64,000 bases of DNA from Candidatus Krumholzibacteriota bacterium. Lineage in GTDB: Bacteria > Krumholzibacteriota > Krumholzibacteriia > JAJRXK01. Within the stretch, counting starts at the first letter, position 1, and the number at the start of each line of letters is the position of its first letter. The DNA lies in contig CAVSGG010000009.1 of NCBI GenBank assembly GCA_963727455.1, positions 288,001 through 352,000 on the forward strand, written 5' to 3'. This document shows, in pieces, positions 9,854-20,068 of this stretch. The position numbers and the translations under genes are program-made. Below the pieces are notes generated by a model that had not been told where the DNA came from, did not search any database, and saw only the letters and a list, made by a program, of their open reading frames with translations.

Positions 9854-11014
9854 GTGTCTTCCATGCCAGAAGAGATGATGCAAAAGACCTATACACCTCT
9901 CCCCGAGGAACTCACGGGGCTTTCTGCCGAGGAAACGCAAACGCGGATTGCAGAGGCCAGGGCGAAGCTGGGTTCCAGGGTGATCCTCTTGGGCCATCAC
10001 TACCAGGCGGACGAGATCCTCCGTCACGCGGACGCCACCGGAGATTCTTTCAAGCTGGCACAGCACGCCGCCGCGCAGAAGGAGTCACCCTACGTGGTCT
10101 TCTGCGGAGTGCACTTCATGGCCGAGAGCGCCGACATCCTCACCGGGGGGAACCAGACGGTGCTCCTCCCCGACATGGGCGCCGGATGTTCCATGGCGGA
10201 CATGGCGCGGCTCGATCAGGTCGAGGAGGCATGGGAGATCCTGGAGGGACTCGGCGTGGACGAGATCATCCCCATCACCTACATGAACTCCACGGCCGAG
10301 ATCAAAGCTTTCTGCGGACGACGTGGTGGCGTCGTGTGCACTTCTTCCAACGCGAGCGCCGTTCTTCGCTGGGCATTCGAACGCGGTAAGCGCGCCTTCT
10401 TCTTTCCCGATCAACACCTCGGTCGCAACACAGGATACTCCATGGGCATTCCCCTTTCGCGAATGCCCCTTTGGGATCCTCGGATGCCGGACGGCGGAAG
10501 CGAAGCGCAGGTCTATCGCGATGCGAAACTCATCTTGTGGCGCGGACACTGTAGCGTGCACCAGATCTTCAATCCGCAGAACATCGATTGGCTGCGCGCC
10601 AATGATCCAAAGCGAAGGGTGCTCGTGCATCCGGAGTGCAACTTCGAGGTGGTGCAGAACGCAGACCTGGTGGGAAGCACGGAGTTCATCATCAAGCAGG
10701 TGCGCCAAGCTCCGGCAGGATCGAAATGGGCGATCGGAACCGAATATCACCTGGTGAACCGCCTGGCCAACGAACACCCCGAACAGGATATTCGCAGTCT
10801 CTCGGCTATCCAATGCGCCTGCGCCACCATGTATCGCATCGACCCCCCTCACCTCCTGCACAGTCTGCAGGAGCTGGTGGAGGACCGCGAGGTCAATCCC
10901 ATCCACGTGCCCGAGGACGTAGCTGCCGGGGCCCGCATGGCGCTTCAGCGGATGCTCGCCCTGAAGGGAGACGGACGCGTGGCGCAAAAGGCAAAGACGG
11001 TGATGGCCAGCTAG
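9854..11014 (+). CDS. nadA: Quinolinate synthase A
   Basis: LGHHYQ, GDSFKL, FCGVHFMAESA, GCSMADM, YMNSTA, CTSSNA, HPEC, GST, GTE. Confidence 0.95.
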   Translation: MSSMPEEMMQKTYTPLPEELTGLSAEETQTRIAEARAKLGSRVILLGHHYQADEILRHADATGDSFKLAQHAAAQKESPYVVFCGVHFMAESADILTGGNQTVLLPDMGAGCSMADMARLDQVEEAWEILEGLGVDEIIPITYMNSTAEIKAFCGRRGGVVCTSSNASAVLRWAFERGKRAFFFPDQHLGRNTGYSMGIPLSRMPLWDPRMPDGGSEAQVYRDAKLILWRGHCSVHQIFNPQNIDWLRANDPKRRVLVHPECNFEVVQNADLVGSTEFIIKQVRQAPAGSKWAIGTEYHLVNRLANEHPEQDIRSLSAIQCACATMYRIDPPHLLHSLQELVEDREVNPIHVPEDVAAGARMALQRMLALKGDGRVAQKAKTVMAS

Positions 11015-11110
11015 TCCGAGCCACTTAGTCCCCCGCGGGAATCACAGCGGGAAAAAGCGTGTATACTTACGAGTCGCTGTGTTTCGATTTCCCCTCAGAA
11101 AGACACGATC

Positions 11111-12052
11111 ATGTCTCAGCAATTCCGCTCCACCAAGTTCGCGGGCAACACCAGGCGTAACCTCGCTTGGGGCCTATGGGCCCCTCTCGCCCTCGCAGTG
11201 CTTCTGTGGCAATCCGCTCCCGCGCTGGCGAAGGCAGCACCGGCACTGGACCACGTCATCGTGGTGATCATGGAAAATCACAGCTATGACCAGGTCGTCG
11301 CTGCGCCCTACATTTCCACCCTCATCAGCGGCGGCGTGCTCTTCACCAACTCCTACGGAGTCACCCATCCCTCGCAGCCGAACTACCTGGCGCTGTGGGC
11401 GGGCGGTACCCAGGGCGTGACCAACGACGTCTGCCCCTCGCCCGGCCAGCCGTACTCCACCGAGAATCTGGGGCATGCCTGCGAAGCAGCCGGTGTCAGC
11501 TGGCGGGCGTACTCGGAGGATCTGCCCGCGGTGGGAAGCACTGTGTGCACCGCCAACAGTTCGCTGTACGCGCGCAAACACGAGCCCTGGACCGACTTTT
11601 CCAATCTCGATCACACCCGCGAGCGACCCTACTCCGAGCTCGCGAGCGACATCGCCGCCGGAACTCTTCCCCAGCTTTCCTTCGTGGTGCCCAACCAGTG
11701 CAACGACATGCACAGCTGTTCCGTGGCCACCGCCGACGCGTGGCTGGCTGCCAACATCCCGGCGATGCTGGATGCGGTGGGACCGCGCGGAATGGTGGTG
11801 CTCACCTTCGACGAGGACGACAGCCACTCGGGAAACCACGTACTCACCGTGTTCGCCGGACCTGCGGTGCAGGCGGGACAGACTTCCACCCAGCATCTCA
11901 ACCACTACACGGTGCTTCGCTGCCTCTGCGAAGTATTGGGATTGACTCCCTTCGCGGCAGCAACAAACGAGAGCTCCATCACGGGCATCTGGTCCCAGAC
12001 CGTGGCGGCGCAATCGACTGGGTTCGGCGGGCTCAAAGCCAGATTCCGTTGA
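11111..12052 (+). CDS. Secreted phosphoesterase / acid phosphatase (AcpA-like) with C-terminal tail motif
   Basis: Signal peptide; VIMENHSYD, THPSQPNYLA, YARKH, NDMH, LTFDE, NHYTVLR. Confidence 0.85.
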   Translation: MSQQFRSTKFAGNTRRNLAWGLWAPLALAVLLWQSAPALAKAAPALDHVIVVIMENHSYDQVVAAPYISTLISGGVLFTNSYGVTHPSQPNYLALWAGGTQGVTNDVCPSPGQPYSTENLGHACEAAGVSWRAYSEDLPAVGSTVCTANSSLYARKHEPWTDFSNLDHTRERPYSELASDIAAGTLPQLSFVVPNQCNDMHSCSVATADAWLAANIPAMLDAVGPRGMVVLTFDEDDSHSGNHVLTVFAGPAVQAGQTSTQHLNHYTVLRCLCEVLGLTPFAAATNESSITGIWSQTVAAQSTGFGGLKARFR

Positions 12053-12067
12053 GATGATGCCCTGGGG

Positions 12068-14692
12068 TTACTCGGGATTCTTCTGAGTTGTGCGTTCGAT
12101 GGTGTAGAGCACCGAGTCGTAGTACCAGCCGGAATAGGCGACCGATTTCAGGTCCTCCGCCATCGAGATCGAGACGATGTTGAGCAGGCCGGTTCGATCG
12201 CTCCCGCCGAGCGTCGCAACTCTCGTGCGCTCGCCAGTGGCGATCTCGACGCGATCCAGCAAGGTGGGAATCGTACTCCCTTCAAAGCAGTAGAGTGCGG
12301 ATCCGTCAAGACTCCAGCGAACGAGCTGGTCCCGGGATGACATCGATTTCACTTTCTGGGGCTCTTTCGCCCCCGAGATCGAGTACAGCGACCAGCCGTC
12401 CTGGGACAGCGCAACGAAGAGCTTGCCATCCGGAGAGGGCAGGCCCTCCCGGATGCCGGCCGGACCCACCGGCTTCGGCTCTGTCGCAACCCCGCTGATC
12501 AGGAAGCAGCGGGGCGGCTGGCCCGCCACGTTTCCACTCACCAGCACCTCGCTCTCGCCCGGTAGCCAGTACGTCGCTCCGATGTTTTCGAATCCCCCGT
12601 GGTCCAGGCGCACCGGCTGACCCGCACCCACCGGGTAGCGCATGATGCGTGGGGGTGTGCTGGGAACGACCGCAAGTACGGACTTGCCGTCCTGTGAGAG
12701 TTGCTCCGCAATTCCCTCTCCCAGGCGAACGATCGCGCCTCCTTCGGTGGAGCGGAGGGTCACCCCGTAATTCGGTCCGCCGTCTTCAGCCTGATCGCAG
12801 AACACCACCGTCTTGGCATCGGCTGAGAGCACCGGAGCAACGGAGCCGTCGAGCCAGGAGATGTCCCTTGCCTCTTTGTCGCCGGCGCCCTTGAACATGA
12901 TTCGAAACGGATAGTCGTCCCGGGTCGCGAGCCAGGTACCATTCACTGCGATATCGTGGATCGTCAACAGTCCAGCGCTCTGACGTACCAGTCTTGCGTT
13001 TCCCTGAAGGCCGACGCGGAACACCGAGAAATCGCTCCCGTTGAGGGTTGCACTGAAGAGTACTGCGGCACCGTCCTGCGACCAGGCCAACCCCTCCATG
13101 CCCCAGTATCCCGAGCTAAGCACCCGCACATGGCCCTTGCGATCGACGAGCTTGACCGATCCCCGATCGTCCCAGCGCCAGGGATGCTCCATGAACGCGA
13201 CCTGTTCACCGTCGCGTGAGACCCTCAGGTCGCTGAGGTAGCCGGCCGATTCGTAGAGGACCCTTCCGATGGGATACTCCAGCCGATCTTTCCCATCGAC
13301 CTCGTGGATGATGGCAAACTGCGTGCCGTCAGGCGACCAATCCGCTTCGCGGACGCCCTCCAGGACTTCCCGTGGGGCAGCACCTTCCAGTGGCATGCGC
13401 GCCAGGGTGCCGCTGAAGAGACGGTGATGTCCCGTGTAACGCGCATTGACCAGAACCGCCAATTCACCCTGCGAGGAGATGGCAAGCAGATGGACGTTCT
13501 GCGTTCCGAGTGGCTGTGGCGCGGGATACTCGGGACGGATGATGTAGAGTTGGGTCCGGTTTCCCTCCAGTGCGCTGCTCAAGACGATGGTCTTTCCGTC
13601 GGGCATGAAGCGAGCGGTGAAGATGGCCTGCTTGCGGTAGGTCTTGCGGTGGTACTGAACCTCGGTTGACTCGCTGGCCGGCCGATCTCTGCGACCGAAG
13701 ACGAAGGCGGTGGCCGAGGCCGCGAGAACAGCTAAGACTACCGCCGCCCAGAGCGGCCAGCGCGGACCGCGCCGTGCCCAAGTGGTGGTGGAAGCGGTGT
13801 TGTACTGCGTACCGCTCTCGTCTTCGGTCTGCAGCCACCGCAGTTGCAAACCGACATCGTGCACCGTCTGCACCCGCTCCTCGGGGTCCTTGGCCAGGCA
13901 GGCCTGAATCAAGCGGTCCAGAGCGGGCGGCGAGGCGGGCGCGAGTTCCTTCAGCGCACGCGGTGCTTGACCCATAATGGCAGCGATGAGGCTGGCCTGG
14001 CTGTTTCCGTCGAAGGCTCTCTTGCCCGTGGCCATTTCGTAGAGGACACATCCGAGCGCCCATACGTCGCTCCGCTCGTCAGCCTCTTTGCCTTCGAGCT
14101 GCTCGGGAGACATGTACTGGAAGGTGCCGAGGATCGTGCCCGCCGCAGTCAAGGGCTGCGCGATGGTCGGCGACTCGGCGAGCTGGCTCACGCCCACTGC
14201 GCCGGCTTGGGAGGAACCCCCAGCGCGCGCCAAACCGAAGTCCATCAGCTTGGCCCCCGCCTTGGAGAGCATGATGTTCCCCGGCTTGAGATCACGATGG
14301 ACGATTCCGGCGCGGTGAGCACGGGTGAGGGCGCTGCAAATCTGCGTGCCCAAAGTGAGAATTTCGGCGAGCGGCAAGGGATCCCTGTCGAGTCGATCGG
14401 CCAGGGTCTCCCCCTCGATGAGCTCCATCACCAGGTAGTGGGTGTCCCCTTCGCGGCCGACGTCGAACAAAGTGCAGATGTGGGGATGATTGAGCGAGGA
14501 CACCGCCCGCGCTTCACGCTCGAAGCGGGAGCGCACCTCCGGCTGAGCCGAGAGATGCTCCGGCAGAACCTTGACCGCGACCTCACGGTCCAGACGCGTA
14601 TCGCGCGCACGATAGACCTCCCCCATTCCCCCGGCGCCGAGCTGAGAGAGGATTTCGTAGGGACCGAGCTTTGTGCCGGGTGAAATCTGCAT
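12068..14692 (-). CDS. Hanks-type Ser/Thr protein kinase with TM helix and TolB-like beta-propeller
   Basis: LGAGGMGEVY, VAVK, HRDLKPGN, DFGLA, YMSPEQ; TM helix; repeated WSPDG/WSQDG blades. Confidence 0.93.
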   Translation of the reverse strand: MQISPGTKLGPYEILSQLGAGGMGEVYRARDTRLDREVAVKVLPEHLSAQPEVRSRFEREARAVSSLNHPHICTLFDVGREGDTHYLVMELIEGETLADRLDRDPLPLAEILTLGTQICSALTRAHRAGIVHRDLKPGNIMLSKAGAKLMDFGLARAGGSSQAGAVGVSQLAESPTIAQPLTAAGTILGTFQYMSPEQLEGKEADERSDVWALGCVLYEMATGKRAFDGNSQASLIAAIMGQAPRALKELAPASPPALDRLIQACLAKDPEERVQTVHDVGLQLRWLQTEDESGTQYNTASTTTWARRGPRWPLWAAVVLAVLAASATAFVFGRRDRPASESTEVQYHRKTYRKQAIFTARFMPDGKTIVLSSALEGNRTQLYIIRPEYPAPQPLGTQNVHLLAISSQGELAVLVNARYTGHHRLFSGTLARMPLEGAAPREVLEGVREADWSPDGTQFAIIHEVDGKDRLEYPIGRVLYESAGYLSDLRVSRDGEQVAFMEHPWRWDDRGSVKLVDRKGHVRVLSSGYWGMEGLAWSQDGAAVLFSATLNGSDFSVFRVGLQGNARLVRQSAGLLTIHDIAVNGTWLATRDDYPFRIMFKGAGDKEARDISWLDGSVAPVLSADAKTVVFCDQAEDGGPNYGVTLRSTEGGAIVRLGEGIAEQLSQDGKSVLAVVPSTPPRIMRYPVGAGQPVRLDHGGFENIGATYWLPGESEVLVSGNVAGQPPRCFLISGVATEPKPVGPAGIREGLPSPDGKLFVALSQDGWSLYSISGAKEPQKVKSMSSRDQLVRWSLDGSALYCFEGSTIPTLLDRVEIATGERTRVATLGGSDRTGLLNIVSISMAEDLKSVAYSGWYYDSVLYTIERTTQKNPE

Positions 14693-14921
14693 GTGGATCA
14701 GTCTACAAGAAGCCTCGACTCGCGCCCATCACTCTGTAAACGCGCGAGCTGCAGTCGTCCGCGGTTAGCCAGCGAGAACAATCCGAGAAATAACAGAAGA
14801 TGCGGAGGTCTTCTGGAGGAAAGTTCGTCTCTCTTATCAAGACGGTGAACCGCGGCGCGGAGGGCAGCGGTCGACACCTGGGACATGTTGATTTCTCACG
14901 AAGCTCCCAGGAGGCAAGATC

Positions 14922-15311
14922 ATGAAATTCCACGCCCGGAACGAAGGTTCCCTCACCATCGTCACGGTCGCCGGCAGCATGGTCGGTGGACCCGCCGCCG
15001 ACAAATTCCGCGAATTCATCTTGAAGCTGGTCGAGGATGGTGCGCGCCGAGTGATCCTCGATCTCACCCAGGTCCCCTACGTGGCGTCACCGGGAATCGG
15101 CATGATCGTGGCTGCCCAGGCCTCTCTCTCCAACCGAGGCGGGGAGCTGAGGGTCGCGATCGCCACTGAGCGCGTGAAGAACCTCTTTCACATCATTCGG
15201 CTTGCCAGAATGATCCGGGTCTTCGAGGGCCTGCAGGAGGCGATCGACTCCTTCCGCGAGAAGAACAAGGTCTACGCAGAGGCCGCACAGACCGCGCGCG
15301 CCGGCCACTGA
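14922..15311 (+). CDS. STAS domain anti-sigma factor antagonist
   Basis: VILDLTQVPYVASPGIGMIV, SpoIIAA-like size and pattern. Confidence 0.85.
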   Translation: MKFHARNEGSLTIVTVAGSMVGGPAADKFREFILKLVEDGARRVILDLTQVPYVASPGIGMIVAAQASLSNRGGELRVAIATERVKNLFHIIRLARMIRVFEGLQEAIDSFREKNKVYAEAAQTARAGH

Positions 15312-15382
15312 GCACTGGCGCGCGGTGTCGAGCTTCGCCACAGAATTCCAGGGCTCATAGGGACGGAGCGAGCTGCCGTCAG

Positions 15383-17026
15383 CTACTGGGCCATGGCCGT
15401 TGTAGAAGTAGTGTCTGGCGGCAAGAGGAACTGCTGGGGTCTCTCTTTGACCACCGTCTCGAGCCAGGTCTCGGGGTAGCCCTTCTCGGTGACTTTTCCC
15501 TTCTCGTCCTTCACGTAGCCGTCGTTGTACTTGGTCATCAGGTCCTCGCCCAAGCGCCGCCAGCGGCGCACGACCGCTTCACCGTGGCTCACCGAGTAGT
15601 CGGTCAGGTAGCGCGTCACCAGCGCAGGGTCCTTCTCGGCCAAACTCTCGGCGGTTTTCTCCACCACGGGTTGCATCGCGAAGAACTCTCCCTCGAGAGT
15701 CGCCTGTACGTCCTGGATGTCCTGGATCATGTAGGAGTATTTCAAGTTGGCGTAGTTGGAGACGAAGTTGAACACCCACCAGGCGGAATCCCAGGAGAAG
15801 TGATCCAAACTGCCAACGGTGAAAGCCTCGGGAAGCTCCTCGATGCTGCAGTACAGAGGCAGATAGCAAGTGAAGTAAGTGTCGTCCACTCCGTACCAGG
15901 TGAGCCCGCCGATGGCATCGGGCAGCCAGGCGCGTGACTGCGTGATCATCGAGAAGCCGGTCTGCTGGGTGGAAATGGGGCGTTCCCAAGTGTAGTGCTG
16001 GCCATCCACTTCGAATCCCATGGGCCGCCAGCGGTAGGGACTGCCGTAGGGGCCAGCGTCGACTCCCTTGGTCATGTCAAAGGGCGTGCCCTCGTAGTGG
16101 TCGCGCATCAGGGCGAACACATCCTGTACCGAGAGTTTGTGATCGGGCTTGATGAACAGGGGGAGCGGCTTCGCCCCCGCCACTCCGCGATGGTAATCGC
16201 TGGACCAATTTTCGGAAGGAACGCAGCGGCGATACAAACTCCATACGCGAGTCGCGGTGTAGCGTAGTTTCTCCGGAGTTACCGGATGGAACGCCTTGCG
16301 CCAGCTGAAGGCCTGGCTGGAGGAGGGATCGTACCAGCCGTGCGCGGCCGCGAATTCCTCCATTCCCGGCGAGTAGAGGCAGTTCTTCGGATCGTTCTTC
16401 TCAAAGGTGTCGATGCGTCCGAGGTTGGCGTGCGCACAGACATATCCGTCAGGCACGCGCAGCGCCACCCAGTAGGCACCAGGGCTGCCGGGCGGCGGGT
16501 TCTTCCCCGGACCAACCATCTCCATGATCCAGGCCTCTCTCTTGTCCCCGATGTAGAACGACTCGCCGCTGCTGCGATAGCCGTAGTCGTCGACCAGTTG
16601 GCCCATCACTTCCACCGCCTCGCGCGCGGTGGCCGCCCGCTGCAGAGCAAGGCGCATCAGGACCCAGTAGTGCAGCAAGCCGGCTGGGTTGATGAGCTCC
16701 TCACGGCCGTCGGTGGTCGTCTCGGCGATGGTCACTTGATGGTCGTTCATGAGGTTCACAACCCCGTAGGTATGCGGCGGCTGCGCCACCCACCCCAGGA
16801 CCTTTCCCGACCAGCTCCTGATCGCCAGCGAATCTCCCGGTTCGTGCGAGGCGGCCGGAACGCGCTCCAGATGCGGAAGGAATTCTCCGTCGCAGGTATA
16901 GGTGACGATGACCGAGCCATCGGTAGTGGCCTGGCTACTGGCGATGAAATTAGTGCAGGCAGACGCGCTCGCTCCCGCGAACGCGAACACCATCATGACC
17001 ACACAGCATGCAATGAACTTACGCAT
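15383..17026 (-). CDS. Secreted peptidase family C69 (dipeptidase/secernin-like)
   Basis: Signal peptide followed by Ntn nucleophile CTNFI; MNDHQVTIAETT, ERPISTQQTGFS. Confidence 0.88.
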   Translation of the reverse strand: MRKFIACCVVMMVFAFAGASASACTNFIASSQATTDGSVIVTYTCDGEFLPHLERVPAASHEPGDSLAIRSWSGKVLGWVAQPPHTYGVVNLMNDHQVTIAETTTDGREELINPAGLLHYWVLMRLALQRAATAREAVEVMGQLVDDYGYRSSGESFYIGDKREAWIMEMVGPGKNPPPGSPGAYWVALRVPDGYVCAHANLGRIDTFEKNDPKNCLYSPGMEEFAAAHGWYDPSSSQAFSWRKAFHPVTPEKLRYTATRVWSLYRRCVPSENWSSDYHRGVAGAKPLPLFIKPDHKLSVQDVFALMRDHYEGTPFDMTKGVDAGPYGSPYRWRPMGFEVDGQHYTWERPISTQQTGFSMITQSRAWLPDAIGGLTWYGVDDTYFTCYLPLYCSIEELPEAFTVGSLDHFSWDSAWWVFNFVSNYANLKYSYMIQDIQDVQATLEGEFFAMQPVVEKTAESLAEKDPALVTRYLTDYSVSHGEAVVRRWRRLGEDLMTKYNDGYVKDEKGKVTEKGYPETWLETVVKERPQQFLLPPDTTSTTAMAQ

Positions 17027-17044
17027 CTCTTCTCCTAAAGATTA

Positions 17045-17722
17045 TCAATCCGCATCTTCGGGGTCCTGTTTGCCCGGTCGAAATCCGATGCGGTCAAAAG
17101 GATTGACCACGCTACTGGCCAAATTGGACAAGTGGGCACTGATGCGCTTGGTATAGCGCGCGCTCAGCGCCACCATGACTGCGTCTTTCGCGCCTATTTG
17201 AGGATCCTCCACGAGTTCATCGAGCACCAAATCGAGCCGGCGACCGAAAATACTGTGATCCTTCATGATGGACTCCGCGGCCACAGCGTCCGCTTCCCGG
17301 AACGCTTCGGCGGCGCGGGGAAAGAGTTTCAGAACATCTTCGGCGATAGTACGCACGGTATCGAAGTGCCGGTTGCCGATGAAGGGGTGATGGTACCTCT
17401 CGGCGAGTTCGTAGATGTTCTTGGAATAGTCACCGATACGTTCGATATCGATAATCGTACTGGTCAGAACGAGGCTAGCTGTCATGTCCGAGACCTCATT
17501 CAGAAGCTGATACTCGAAGACCAGGCGTCTCACCTGCATCTCGCCGCGGTTGATTTCCCGATCGAGCGCATAGATGTCTAGATCTGGCTTCTTCCCGTCG
17601 AGAAGATCTCCGATCGAAGCGCGGGCCAAAAGCTCCGCCTTTTCCAAGCATCCGTAGCTCAGGTCCAAGGCCTTGCTAAGCTGATTCTTTTTTCGAAGCG
17701 CATTCAAGAGAGCTCGGAACAT
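17045..17722 (-). CDS. PhoU domain protein
   Basis: DREINRGE, DIERIGDYSKNI, KRISAHLSN. Confidence 0.85.
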   Translation of the reverse strand: MFRALLNALRKKNQLSKALDLSYGCLEKAELLARASIGDLLDGKKPDLDIYALDREINRGEMQVRRLVFEYQLLNEVSDMTASLVLTSTIIDIERIGDYSKNIYELAERYHHPFIGNRHFDTVRTIAEDVLKLFPRAAEAFREADAVAAESIMKDHSIFGRRLDLVLDELVEDPQIGAKDAVMVALSARYTKRISAHLSNLASSVVNPFDRIGFRPGKQDPEDAD

Positions 17723-17731
17723 GAGATTCTC

Positions 17732-18901
17732 CTAGCGAGTCAAAAAGATCAGGGCCAAGGGTACAATGAAAAATACGAGCAGAACATAGGCTACTGCGTA
17801 TCCCTTCGAGCGCACACTCAAGCGGCCCAAGATCTTGGCGGCGCCGATCGGTATTCTGCGTAGAGGATAGAGCACAAGTATCCCATAAACGTTGAAAAAA
17901 AGGTGGCTCAGGGCCACCACGAGAGCAGCCGGTGCTCCAGTGACCAGGCTGGCGAGAAGCGCCGTCACCGTGGTTCCCACGTTTGCCCCGAGTACCACCG
18001 GGAAAATCTGCTCCACCGTGGCAAAACCGGCAGCCATGAGGGGAACGAGCAGGCTTGTGGTCACGCTGCTGCTCTGAACCAGAACGGTGATGAGAGTGCC
18101 CGCCAGAATGCCTGCCGCGGCGTTCCGGAAAACGAACCGGTGCATCAGCAGCTCTACCCTGCCCAAAATGAGCCGGCGCATCAGCTTCACCAAAAAGTGC
18201 AGGCTCAAAAAAAGCAGGATGAGTGAGAGAACCACCAAGATCGATGCGGCCACTGAATCCGCCTCGATCGGCCGGCGTATCATGTCTTGGACCGACTCTG
18301 CAACCGGCTTGACAAGTAGTTTGAGGGGAGAGTGAAAGCTCACACCCGACTGTCCAACCAAAAATCGCGCGGCCCACTGAGAGGAGTGCTCGATGAAGTG
18401 AGTGAAAATCTCCAGAGGGAGGAAGATCGTGACGGCCATGAGATTGAAGAAGTCGTGAACGGTCGCGCCACTGAACGCTCGCTGGAACTCTTGGGGACGC
18501 GCCATGTGTCCCAGCGATACGATGGTATTGGTGACACTCGTTCCGATGTTGGCGCCCATGACGATGGGAATCGCGCCCGGAACGTTCAGTCCGCCTCCCG
18601 CCACCAGACCTACGACGATGGAAGTGACGGTCGAGCTGCTCTGGACCAGGCTCGTAGCCAAGACGCCGATCAACAGGCCGGTGAAGGGGTTTCCGGTCGT
18701 CTTGATGAGACCGACCGCGAAACTCTTACCCATGAGCTTGAAGGTCGATCCGAGTAACTCGATGGAAAAAAGAAAGACGTACAGAACCAGGAACAGGGCC
18801 GCAATCCTTGCCAGCATCGGCCAGAACCCGTCCCGGCTCAGAAAGGCCCGGGAACGCGCCATCTCCTTGTCGCGAGTCGCCAGTGAATCAGCCGACGGCA
18901 T
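17732..18901 (-). CDS. Na+/Pi cotransporter (NptA/SLC34 family)
   Basis: Two QSSS repeats, GANIGTS/GANVGTT, ATVHDFFN. Confidence 0.9.
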   Translation of the reverse strand: MPSADSLATRDKEMARSRAFLSRDGFWPMLARIAALFLVLYVFLFSIELLGSTFKLMGKSFAVGLIKTTGNPFTGLLIGVLATSLVQSSSTVTSIVVGLVAGGGLNVPGAIPIVMGANIGTSVTNTIVSLGHMARPQEFQRAFSGATVHDFFNLMAVTIFLPLEIFTHFIEHSSQWAARFLVGQSGVSFHSPLKLLVKPVAESVQDMIRRPIEADSVAASILVVLSLILLFLSLHFLVKLMRRLILGRVELLMHRFVFRNAAAGILAGTLITVLVQSSSVTTSLLVPLMAAGFATVEQIFPVVLGANVGTTVTALLASLVTGAPAALVVALSHLFFNVYGILVLYPLRRIPIGAAKILGRLSVRSKGYAVAYVLLVFFIVPLALIFLTR

Positions 18902-19997
18902 CCGCCTTCTCCCGCAAGGCCTCCAGCAAACCCTCGAAGCTCCGCTCGAACTTCTCCACCCCGTCCCTCAGGAGCTCGTCGGTCGCGGACTGCAGCGATA
19001 TACCGAGAGACTCGATCTCCTCGAGCGCCTCACTCGATTCCGGTTGGTCCCTCAGGATGGCATCCTCTTCCGGCCTCCCATGATCGCGGTAGGCGTCCAC
19101 GGTAACGGTCGGAATGGTATTGACTGTGTCCTTCCCCACGAGAGGATCCACGTACAGAGTGTCGGGATAGGCCGGATTCTTCGTACTGGTGGAGGCCCAC
19201 AGAGGACGCTGTACCCGAGCGCCCGCCCGGGCCAGTTTTTCCCAGCGCTCGCCGGAAAACACCTCGAGAAAATCGCGGTAGGCAAGCTTCGCGTTGGCCA
19301 CGGCCGCCCGGCCCATGAGAGATTTCGCCTGCTCGCCACCCACTTCGCTCAGCTTCGCATCCACCAAAGTATCGAGGCGACTTACGAAGAAGGATGCCAC
19401 CGAGGCGACGTTCTGCAGCGGCCTCTTGTGCGCGAGCCGGGCCTCGAGCGCGCCCAGATAGGCCTCCATCACTTCTCGGTAGGTCTGGCGGCTGAAGAGG
19501 AGGGTGACGTTGATCTTGCGGCCCCTCTCCAGAGCGGCACGAATGACCGGAATTCCCTCCTTGGTGGCGGGAATCTTCACCATGAGGTTCTCACAGTCCA
19601 CCCAATCCCAAAGCCGGTCGACCTCCTTCATCGTGCGTTCTCCGTCGTAGGCCAATCGGGGATCGACTTCGAGACTGACGAAACCGTCGTTTCCTTCGCT
19701 CTCCTCGAAGACCGGCAGCAACAAGTCGCAGGCCTCTTGGATGTCCCGGACCGCGAGTTCCCAGAAAACCGATTCGGGATCCAGTCCGGAGCGATGGAGT
19801 TTGGCGACCACTTTGTCGTAATCGTCACCATTGCTGATTGCCGCCTGAAAGATGCTCGGGTTACTCGTGATGCCGCGCATCCCGTCTTCGTCACGCATAC
19901 GCGCGATGCTACCGTCGTGAAGGGCACGCCGGCTGAGGGAGTCCCACCAAAAGGACTGGCCGAGTTCGTACAAACGAGTCAAGGGGTTCTGATTCAT
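18888..19997 (-). CDS. tal: Transaldolase
   Basis: GQSFWWD, GITSNPSIF, VSLEVDP, MVKIPAT, NVTLLFS, ASFFVSR, LWASTSTK. Confidence 0.95.
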   Translation of the reverse strand: MNQNPLTRLYELGQSFWWDSLSRRALHDGSIARMRDEDGMRGITSNPSIFQAAISNGDDYDKVVAKLHRSGLDPESVFWELAVRDIQEACDLLLPVFEESEGNDGFVSLEVDPRLAYDGERTMKEVDRLWDWVDCENLMVKIPATKEGIPVIRAALERGRKINVTLLFSRQTYREVMEAYLGALEARLAHKRPLQNVASVASFFVSRLDTLVDAKLSEVGGEQAKSLMGRAAVANAKLAYRDFLEVFSGERWEKLARAGARVQRPLWASTSTKNPAYPDTLYVDPLVGKDTVNTIPTVTVDAYRDHGRPEEDAILRDQPESSEALEEIESLGISLQSATDELLRDGVEKFERSFEGLLEALREKADAVG

Positions 19998-20068
19998 CGC
20001 GGAACTCCTCGAGGCGAGGTTGAGACGGACGAATGGAAGAGGGCGGAACAGGCCGCCGATTCGATTGA

